Of a DNA stretch of 64,000 bases, positions 54,253 to 64,000 are shown piece after piece. Origin of the DNA: Azolla caroliniana (taxonomy: Eukaryota; Plantae; Polypodiophyta); assembly GCA_043228905.1 (NCBI GenBank), contig JBHGNT010000012.1, forward strand, positions 13,640,001 to 13,704,000, given 5' to 3'. Each line of letters begins with the position of its first letter. The stretch's first letter is position 1. The position numbers and the translations under genes are program-made. The notes under the pieces are model-generated. The model was not told where the DNA came from, did not search any database, and worked only from the letters and a program-made list of their open reading frames with translations.

Positions 54253-56962
54253 ATGACAATCGAAGTATCCAGAGAACTCCGCACTTGGCTCAGCAACCAC
54301 GGTCTGGGAGGATACCTCCGCGTCCTCGACACTGCTCCACACCCCGAAGCGCAGGCAATAGCCAAGAAGGTGCATCCGGACACCATCACCAACAATCAGA
54401 TCCGCTCGGCGCTTAGTTTGCAGCGTGGGGGCGAACACGATGTCAATACTCCGCCATAGTACATTCTAGAAAAATATTTCGGAGAATACTCCGCATCTAC
54501 AAAGGCCCATCGCATGCACGGAGATTCCAATGAATTCTTCGGAAATCTGGACCATTTTCTTTTGGAGTATGGACGTATCACCGCCAATGCATATAGCATA
54601 CCCAAGAAGAGGGCTGGCTTAATCATCACGGCATATCGAGGCGGAGCTGTCAATTGGGGTATACTCACTGAGGAAGGAATTCATGCCGCGTTGGCCTCCT
54701 TCCAATCAGGTAAGCATTTCTTCCCAGTGTTGGCACAATATCTGGCCATACTTTACCCTCCCCAAACCACGGCCCCATCTCGCCAAACATTGGCCCTACC
54801 AGCTCTACCCACCCAGGACAGAAAACCAAGAGCCCTGTAGTTGCCACAGGACGAATGGCAGGACGAAACACCGGCCCGCACCCCAACCTCGCCTCGAGCC
54901 AAGTCGAAGAACCATGAGGTCCCAACAACATTACCATTCGGGAAAGCGGCAAACCTCAATCCTCCACGATCTGTATCACGTCCCCACGGCCCGCAGCCAC
55001 TCCACGCCCGAAGCAAAAAACTGACAACCAAAAATCCGGTATGGGTACGGATCACTCCTCGGTGACCCAACGGAAGTGAGATCGCAATGAACTTGCCGCC
55101 CCAAAACTCAACCCTGCCAAGAAACGCCGCCCACAACGTCGCAGCGAGGAAGGAACAACCGCGAACTCCTCAGCCGAAAACCGGCAACTGGTCAGTGTAC
55201 CAACGAAGACAGTCGCAGTCGTCACAGCTAAACCCCTCGCTCTGACCGATCAGATCGAACAAGGGCAACAATCACGGTTCTCAGAGGACGAGGTAATGAC
55301 TTTCAAGGACTTACCAGCCGAATCACATGAGCTCGGTGCCATTTTACAACACAGCACAACTTACGAACTCATTGATTTCCTTGCCCGCCTCCAAGTCGCT
55401 GCCGCAGCCCGCATGGCCCAAGAACACGCCAAACAACAGATGGTGGAAAGGGCATTGGCCAACGAAATGGAATCTGACAACGAGCCCAAGTTACAAAAAG
55501 TAGGATGGAAGAGAGCCACAAAGAAACGTCGCACACGCATCGAGCTACCCGACCTCAACACGGCACTTGTCGAGGTTTACCGCGAGTTGGCAAAGACTAC
55601 ACGCGCGACTAAAGAAGCACGGAAGCAAGCCAAGACCACCACCGAGTTGTGGCAAGCATCGGAACTCTGCTTGGCCGCACTAGAGGCACGACTCCAGACA
55701 AACACCGAGTCCACTTTGCTCGGCTTGTCCCTTCCCACCACCCACCCACACGAAGCGTCAACCCAAACGGAACTACGAAGTTGTGTCGAGCTGGTCGATA
55801 TATCTACCCAAACAGAACCACCCAGCCCCTACGCGATGCATGATGAAACAACCCAAACCGAGGGCAATCACAACACGGCTCCGTTCAAAGATGCTATCCA
55901 CCGTTATAAAGAAGAACTTATCATTCAAACAGCCATCGCGGACAAAGCTAAGGAACGTTACGACACAGCCAAAGCCGAGGCAGCCGAAATAAAGGAGCAA
56001 GCAACGAAAAGGGAAGCCGAGCTACAAAAACTGCTCCATGACTAGACGACCAAGCTCCAAGAGACAGAAAACAATGCCACAACCGCCCTCAGGACTACAC
56101 AATATATAGCGGCCGCACAAATTGCATTTCTAAACAAGGAACTCGTGGAATTACAAGTGCGCTCCAGTCAGTTCCTGCAAAAATTGGACCAAACCGAGCA
56201 GGAGCGATGCCAACTGGTGGACTCCCTTCACGAACATCAAATGAACTCAGCGTTGGAACTCGAAAGGCAACGCGAGCAGTATTTGAAGGAATCAGCCGAC
56301 AACACGGATCATCTCCTCTGCCGGTTTGACCAATTAACGGACGAGACAGAGGCACGGATTGCCGTCCTCAACACGTCGTGCGAGATCATCAAAGTCAAAC
56401 TGCAACGGGAGGCGGAAGAAGCTAAAAGAGAAACGATCACCCTCCAAGCCAAATACGACATGCGTGAGGAACGAATCCACACCTTGGTGGTCAAACAACG
56501 GCAGAAGCTCAACCAGAAGGTCGTAGAAAATCTCGCCAGCAGCCAAACTCCCAAGTTTTACGGGCTGACGCCGAAAACCGGAAGAAATAAGGCCGCGGGT
56601 TCTATAAAATGGACGAAAATAGCATACAAATGGTCCGAGAAGACCTCACCGAGCATTTCCAAGCCTTAGCAAAAACGCACACCACAACCATCGAAAGCCT
56701 CCTTGAAGAATTCAACGACAACCAATTGCAGTTGATGCTTGAAACCGAACGGGCCTTTACAGAAACGGCACGGCAACCAGACCACGAAGAGGAAGCCCCC
56801 ACCCCACCAGCAACAAGGACAGATATCAACAACGAGCCGGATTTCTCGGCCGAGCAAACCCCACAGAACAAGCCTGAACTTGCTATCTCAGCGGCTACGA
56901 CGGAGGAACCAAACGTGCAACCAACCTCCGAAGGCATCCTTGACATTTTGACCGAGGAATGA
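54253..56962 (+). pseudogene. Second (accessory) ORF of element E: globular N-terminus plus long coiled coil
   Basis: Chain of ORFs (54145, 54514, 54841, 55296, 56145, 56609) broken by stops and frameshifts; heptad-rich; no RT, RH or INT motifs. Confidence 0.6.
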
Positions 56963-57028
56963 GTGTATCATAAAAAATTTGTGAATCTATTTTTTCGATT
57001 ATGGTGGGTTAGATGTGCGAAGGTACTA

Positions 57029-57044
57029 TCCCACGGGCATGCCA
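57029..57044 (-). promoter_or_regulatory. Second, inverted PBS-like site in the PPT position
   Basis: + strand TCCCACGGGCATGCCA ends 2 nt before the 3' LTR; its reverse complement is TGGCATGCCCGTGGGA. Confidence 0.7.
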
Positions 57045-58151
57045 GGTGTTGTCCGTGGGACAGATTGGTAATTTGGGTATGAAACGAATCTGGATGTAGG
57101 TGAAGTAAGCAAACCGTAACAGGGAAGGTAGTGAAGATAATGCAACCGTGAAATAGGGAACCAAAACGAGTAAAGACTGAAGCACGCCAAGCGGGAAAGC
57201 AAACTATAAAAAACGTGAAGCACAAACATAACAAGGGGGGAGGACAGAAGAGAGAAGAGTAGGCCCTAGTTAGAATAGAGTACTCAGGAACGTGAAATAT
57301 CTGCTCATACTTTCTGTTGTAATTTTCGGCCGTGCGCCGTGTAATCACTATTCCTTATTACGTAATAAACATCTAGTTTTGGGTCAAATCTGGTCTGTGT
57401 CTTAAGTGCATTTCTAAATAATAACTTCTCGGATTAAAATCGGGTCTTTACGGCTAACCAATCGTTCTGGGTACGAATTGGATTGCCGAGCAATCCCTCT
57501 CTAGCCTTGACCTCCGCAACGTAGCACAGTCCCCTGATCCGATTACCATAGGAGTAATCGAAGGTGTTGCTTCCACGAAGGAGACAACACAGTAATTGGG
57601 TCTTGTTCATGAGTTTTAGCCAAGCTGAACCGTGAAATCATGACTTAATGGCATAACTAGTTTGGTTTGATTCAGCACGTTTTAGAAATTTGCAAATAAT
57701 TTTTTTTGGCTTGGAATTTCAAGGGTTTGGTTTAGTTCAGTTTGAGCCTTTGTTGGCTTAACAGTTTTCGCTTCAGCACCTTTAAACCATGGCTTAGTAT
57801 TTTCATCTTTAGCACAATTCTAGAAGCGAAATATGCATTTCTTTGCTAGAGGCTCATCCCAACTAGAAATTCATACGACAGAATCTGTCACATAATTGGA
57901 CCCTAAGTAGTTTATAAATGATTGTAAATATTTGTCCAACTATTAATCTTTGTTTTCGACAAAAAGAGCAAACAACTGTGTGAAATTTGATAATAAAAAA
58001 AAAGGAAAAAAAGGGACAATTGGAACAAGAATGATTAAACAAAGAATAGGTTTTATCCCATTCTTAGGCAGTTCAAAAATAAGCAACAAGCACATATCAT
58101 CTTTTTATATGAGAGGGGGCGTAAAGGATATCAATCGACAAATGTCATTCC

Positions 58152-58263
58152 AGAAAGAAAGAAAGAAGGATATATTAATGTCTTTTAAGAAGCCAAAATG
58201 GCCTATAAGACCAAACTAGAGATTACATCTTAAGTGTTGTTTCTTTGAGAACAAATCAAAATA
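58152..58263 (-). mobile_element. Extremely truncated LINE 3' end (SINE-like)
   Basis: Matches 46255-46362 including the (TTTC)n tail. Confidence 0.8.
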
Positions 58264-58589
58264 TCTTTTTTTAGCCATTACCATGCCTGCAGTGAAGGAC
58301 AACAGAGGTTTGTAATGTGTATGAATAGCTATGCGTATAATTCATTGAGGTCCCGATACTTAATCTATAAACCCAAACATATATTTTCAGTCAGGTGCAC
58401 TCCATTCTGGATTGACCTATGTTAGAGATCCTTTGAAGACCAAAAAGTACAATATATTGAACCTTACATGTATGGATGACAAGATTCTTTAGTCATGTCT
58501 TAATTCTATTTCCATTTACTTTTTTCTTAGTCACATGTTAATTCTATTTCTGTCTAAATTTTGTAATGAGTTACATTTGCTGTTGTCAA

Positions 58590-58674
58590 ATATCAGACAA
58601 CATTTTAAGATGTAATCTCTTGTTTGGTCTTATAGGCCATTTTGGCCTCTTAAAAGACATTAATATATCTTTCC
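58590..58674 (+). mobile_element. Extremely truncated LINE 3' end, opposite orientation
   Basis: TTAAGATGTAATCTCT..GGCCATTTTGGCC..AAGACATTAATATATCTTTC. Confidence 0.75.
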
Positions 58675-59869
58675 TTAATAGTGAAAAGTTAAATAAGACT
58701 AACCTTTGTCTTAACTTATACAAAGTAAACACCTGAAGTGTTGATGCAAATGAACATCTCATGTGGCAGCCTTGGATCAGCCTTTTGCTGCACAAAATCC
58801 CTAGCATTTGTCATCTAACCTTGGTTGTAATGGATATGTGAATAGATAATCAACATACCTGTACATAATACCAACTTGATCCATAAAGGCTGCAACAGCT
58901 TTGTAAGAAATCTATGTAGTCACTTATGCAGTTAGACGATATCAGCTTCAGGAGGCAGTGCTGCAGCAGTTCTTACCAATGCAGTTTTCCATTCTCTTTC
59001 ACTTCCTTCTACATAGATTTTTGGTCCAAATTTCTGAATAATCTCATCCCTGTTTGAAATATATATTCAACATACATGGAAAAAGCCTATTCAGTTAGTT
59101 GCCTCCCAACATAAGTTGTGATGAAAAAAACAACAATATGAGCTGTAGAAATCACAGACTATATGTTTTATTGCCATGAGGAGGCCACTCTTGACATATG
59201 GAACCAAATCAACATATCATCTTGTTGCAATTCCTTCCTACGATGGGGGATTTCCACTCTGTAGTAAAAACTCGATATGTTAAAATAATGCAAGCACTCA
59301 TAGGCTCACCCTTCTAGGTGGACATTTGATTATGAACTTACGTTATCATACCTTCTCGCGAATTACTGTAAAGAATCTAGCTCTAGTAGAGTTGAGTATT
59401 CGAATGCGTAATGTGTGTGTGAGAGTGGGTGTATAAGCGAGAGAAGGAATCAGAGAGAATAACCAGAAAATAAGAAAACACACAGTAGGGGGATGACAGC
59501 TTATGCACTGAAAAGAAAACTATATTAATTAACTAAAGCTCCCCCACAAAGCAGAATGGGCCAAGGGGGTTTTATATACAAGTCCTCAAGGGACTGCCAC
59601 ATTAAATGTGATGGTGGAATCTAACCAAGATATCCACTCGTGTATGATTTTGTCATAAGAATATCTAATATCCTTTGACCACATTAACACTTGACAACTA
59701 CACGGATTGCAATACAGTGTGCTCTCACACTTTTTCACACATCATACTTTTCTTCATAAGCACATGCTCACACAAGTTGAGCTTGATTCTCAACATTACT
59801 TTATACACTCAGCATGTGATAAGTGATATTCATCCTCCACTAGGTTTTCTTCCTTGCACGTCTTCATAT

Positions 59870-60020
59870 TTGGGTGATAATGATATGTTACCACCTCAAC
59901 AACTAACTCGACAAGCAGCAGATGGAATCTGGCGACAAGCAGTTCGACAATTTGAGAAAGAAGATGTTTTACGCAAGGCCCATTGTGGAATTGTTGGCGA
60001 GCATTATGTAAGCGACATAT
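59870..60020 (+). mobile_element. Gypsy integrase zinc-finger fragment
   Basis: DGIWRQAVRQFEKEDVLRKAHCGIVGEHY. Confidence 0.6.
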
Positions 60021-60116
60021 ACCATCTCTCCGACCACAATCATCTTGATAGAACGTTCTCAGAAGTAAGACATTCGACCTATTGTGTCTGCCGGTTGTCG
60101 ACAGAACAATTATCAA

Positions 60117-62579
60117 CTACATTGAGACTCAATCCTTGTGGTGATCAACTCTTGAAGCGAGCACGCCAGTACCAGATACAACTCGACGCCATGGCGGTGG
60201 TATGTGACGCCGATCAAGGCTCAAGTCCATCTCGATCCCTTTGCTCGGGGGTGGTTGGGTGAATCGGCACCATTCTTTCTCTCTCTCCTCTCTTATATAT
60301 TTATCTCATATTTCTTTATCTCATGCTTACATTAGGATCAAGCTCTAACAATTGGTATTAGAGTCTCGATTACTAATGTTTCTTTTGTTCATTGTTTTTT
60401 TTATTGGATGGTGATGGATCGATGTGCGGTCGAGCTTGATCCAAAAACACAACAAAAGAACTTCAGTATTCCTTTCTTTTCCTTTCTTTTTCCTTTCTTT
60501 TATATTCTTTCTTCTCCCATTCTAATCATGTTCATGTCATTTTGCATTAATTTCAATCATGAAAATATGTTGTAGGGGTAGTAATTGATTGTATAAAACG
60601 TTTTCATATGTGCATGAGGTCAATACCTCAAATGACATATAATTGACATGTGATTTTTGTCGAATGTGTACGAGGTTAATACCTCAATTGCGTATTACGT
60701 TAACATACATATATTACGTATGCGTATGAGGTCAATACCTCAATTTTTAGGTATTTGATATGCGATCTTTGTCATATGCGTAAGAGGTAAATACTTCAAA
60801 TGCATATTACGTTCACCCTTATTTTAGATGTTTTGTGTTTATAGAGGCTATATCCCTCGATTATGTATCTCGATTACATCATTCGTTGGCTATATTATGT
60901 TAACAAATTTTTAATATATGCATTTGTAATCACGTAATACATATTTGATCATATACATGTGATAAACATACATGTGTATATTAGTTATTACGCATGTGAT
61001 ATTACTTGATCGATGGTTGTCTTTCGGAGTAAGGATCTTGGTGGTCATCCTCACATTTTTGTGAGAATGGTGTAGTCACCATCCTTTTTCAACAAATTTT
61101 TTTTGTTGTTATCCTTGTTGGTCACCTCGATTTTGTAATATATAACAACGAAACAACCATAGCCACAATGATGTTGTGAGCATTAGGGCTTGATCCACTT
61201 CATGTGAGGTCGCTCCTATGACAAGTGCATCCAGCATTCCTCCCTCGTTACATGGTTACAATGCCACCATGAGATCATAAGTACAGAAGGCATTTGTAAT
61301 GACGTAACCATGTGATAGGCTACGTGGGCCTACTACAAAAATCGGGTTCATCTGGCTTGACCATTAGGTTGCACTTTAGGGTATGCCATCGTAATGATGA
61401 GACTTGAGGTTGGGTAACGTACCAAGATGATCTCATGGTGGCATCGTAATCATGTAACAAATGAGGGATATTGGATGCATGTGTCATAGGGGTGACCTCA
61501 CATGAAGTGGATCAAGCCCTTACGCTCACAACATCATTGTGGCTATACTTGTTTCGTTGTTATACATCAGAAAATCGAGGTGACAAACAAGGATAACAAA
61601 AAAAAATTGTTGTAAAAGGATGGTGACTGCGCCATTCTCACAAAAATGTGACAACAGCCACCAAGATCCTTCCTCGAAAGACAACCACCGATCAATTAAC
61701 ATAACGTAACAAACTTCTAATATACACACATATATGTTCATGACATGTATACGATTAAATACATATACATGTGACTACATATGTGTATATAAAAGAATCG
61801 TTAACCAAAACATAACCAATGCATGATGTAATCGAGATACGCAATTGAGGCATATTGCCTCTATGCACACGTAACATCCAAAAAAACAAGAGTAAACGTA
61901 ATAAGCGATCGAGGTATTGACCTCTTACGCATACGACACAAATCGCATATCCAATCTATAACAAATGAGGTATTGACCTCATACGCATACGTAACATATG
62001 TAAGCGAACGTAATACGCAATTGAGGTATTGACCTCTTACACATACGACACAAATCATATATCAAATATATGGCAATTGGGGTATTGACCTCATACGCAT
62101 ACATATGTACGTTTTATACAACCAATCGATTACCAATACAACATATTTTAATGATTGAAATTAAAATATAATGACACAAACATGATTAGAATGCGAGAAG
62201 AAAAAATATAAAAAAAAGAAAGAAAGGAATACCGAAGTTCTTTTCTTGCTATGATTCTAGATCAAGCCCGACCGCACATCGATCGATCACCATCCAACAA
62301 AAAAACAATCAACAAAAGAAATATTAGTAATTAAGGCTCCAATACCAACTATTAGAGCTAGATCCTAATGTAAGCATGAGATAAGGATAATATAGATAGA
62401 TAAGAGAGGAGAGAGAGAAAGAAGGGTGTCAATCCACCCAACCACCCCCGAGCAAAGGGATCGAGGTGGACTCAAGCCTCGATCGGTGTCCAATACCACC
62501 GTCGTGGCTTCGAGTCATATCTGGTGCTGGCACGCTCGCTTCAAGAGTTGATCACCACGAGAACAAAGTCTCGACATAG
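60117..62579. repeat. Long inverted repeat: arms ~60117-61278 and ~61427-62579, each a Gypsy LTR 3' half plus PBS plus leader
   Basis: Colinear reverse-complement matches along both arms; TGGTATTAGAG / CTCCAATACCA PBS copies; LTR part homologous to about 34120-34310. Confidence 0.9.
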
Positions 62580-63574
62580 GGAAGAAAGTTCATTTCCAAG
62601 TATCCGGCATCAATCTGGTTGTTGGTTGTTCACAACTGCATTTCACACCATTTAGTTTTTGTAAGCTAGAATAGAAAGGCAGTTTACTTTGTGACTCATG
62701 CTGAGAAGAAAACATAGGCAGCTATAATTCTTTGTCAAGTCTAATAAGCATTATCATCTTTTGTAGATAGTAAATACACACATACATGCAACAGCATCCT
62801 TGAGATAGGGGGATGCACAATGTGGACACACACTGAATCCGTTATGATTTCCATCATGACATGTCATTGTGTGATTGATGGCCTTCAGACTTGCCCTATA
62901 CCATCGAGTATTCTGTAAAGATTTTACCCATTAGTAATCTAGTCTCAGATAATGAGTAATCACCTCCCTTTTATCCTTTGCAAAGTTTTTTACTGAAGTT
63001 TTAGAAAAAATTACTTGAATCAAAGATATTCACCGGCATATAAAACTTGAAAGATTCCACAATATTTGGGATATGAAAATCCATTCATCTGAGCAAGTTG
63101 TTCAATCACCTCCCCAACTGTTGCCATTGGATCAAGATTAAGGACCTGGAAATGGGAAAAACAAATCAACATGTTTTGTCATTTCTTTATTAAAAATTAG
63201 GAACACATCAATCTATCTTGGATTTAATCTCTCTAGAAATAAAACTATTTTGTACTTGACAATACAACCAAATTGGTTTGGTGGTGATGTAGAGTTAGAA
63301 TCTTCTTGAGTTCAACCCTATAAATAATTTCTCACTTGCAAGAATCCTCATGATTCATAGGGAGTGTTGCATGTGATTTTGGCAAGCTACTTCCTGTCTT
63401 TGATTTATCTTAGCTGTAGGAAAGAACCACCAGAATTGCCACATTCTGATTGTGTCACATGAGCAAGATGAAGTACCACAACATAGTACCTCAGTCAATG
63501 TTGAGAGACTAGAACCTGAAGTAAACGAATCTAACTATTTACATTGTTAAGCTATTAAGCCATAATTTCGCGAT

Positions 63575-64000
63575 TGAGTTAGGTTCAAACCAAACCATTG
63601 CCAGCTGCTAAAAATAATATAGGAAGTGTCTCACTAGTTGCACACTATGATTCTAAACTTAGAAAGATTGAAACTTCTGCCTTCGAAAGATTTTCCATTA
63701 GAAATACATTCCTGATACCTTATAAAGCATAGTAGCTACGAACCTAGCTTTGGTTCAAACCAAACCAAACCATTAAGCCATGGCTTAACGGTTTATCCGT
63801 CCAATATAGTTAAACAATTTGTTTTGGTTCAATTATTATTGAATATCTGGTTTTAAAACTCGGGTTTATTGGTTTATAGGTTTATAGGTTTAATAGTTTA
63901 TTGGTTTTTAGTTAACTTTTTTATTTCCTTAATGGTTTAATTGATGTTTTTTGTTTATTGATTTAATTCAGTTAACTTAAATGCTTATGTAATTTAATGG
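63575..64000. mobile_element. Probable MITE remnant
   Basis: GGTTCAAACCAAACC motifs, CCATGGCTTAACGGTTT and an AT-rich core, similar to 57655-57800. Confidence 0.4.

Larger units (their letters stand above)
52055..57589 (+). mobile_element. Non-autonomous Gypsy-like LTR element E (gag plus extra ORF, no pol)
   Basis: LTRs at 52055-52596 and 57047-57589 with TGTTGTC..GACAACA ends; TSD TAGTA/CAGTA; TATA at 52213 and AATAAA at 52372 on +. Confidence 0.9.
39595..63145 (-). pseudogene. Putative multi-exon FERM-domain (pseudo)gene; candidate exons 63034-63145, 58859-59049, 51841-51982, ~51575-51738, 43133-~43200, ~42820-43063, ~39595-39757
   Basis: Most candidate exons are bounded by AG/GT and translate to FERM-like lobes: DPMATVGEVIEQLAQ..CGIFQV; DYIDFLQSCCSLYGSSWYYVQ; ELLHMQFTEICSWGYCAFSFSPVIGNM; SLWQIRDSIL..KCKELTGALL. 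They contain stops and frameshifts. Confidence 0.5.

Noticed and set aside
52055-57589. Element E as a DIRS/tyrosine-recombinase or endogenous viral element
   Set aside because: It has direct TG..CA LTRs with a 5-bp TSD and no recombinase or viral motifs.
59278-59795. Possible solo LTR (TG..CA)
   Set aside because: No matching TSD and no second copy in the window.

Overview
Repeat-rich land-plant nuclear DNA, probably from a fern (inferred from the style of the PLS-PPR genes and TE families). It holds three PLS-class PPR RNA-editing-factor genes: 1898-4177 (+, frameshifted), 9682-12279 (-) and 35950-38941 (+). The two + strand genes have an unannotated spliced first exon that builds an OSB-type 'PDF' ssDNA-binding-like motif ahead of the PPR array. 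Mobile DNA includes four bounded Ty1/Copia elements (one nested in another, both very young), RTE/L1 LINE fragments, a hAT MITE, Gypsy remnants and a 2.46-kb inverted repeat. A pol-less Gypsy-like LTR element (52055-57589) has tRNA-primer-like sites in inverted orientation inside both LTRs and no polypurine tract. Scattered minus-strand exons from about 63.1 to 39.6 kb look like a decayed FERM-domain gene whose introns hold these TEs. All calls come from reading the sequence by eye; no searches were run.
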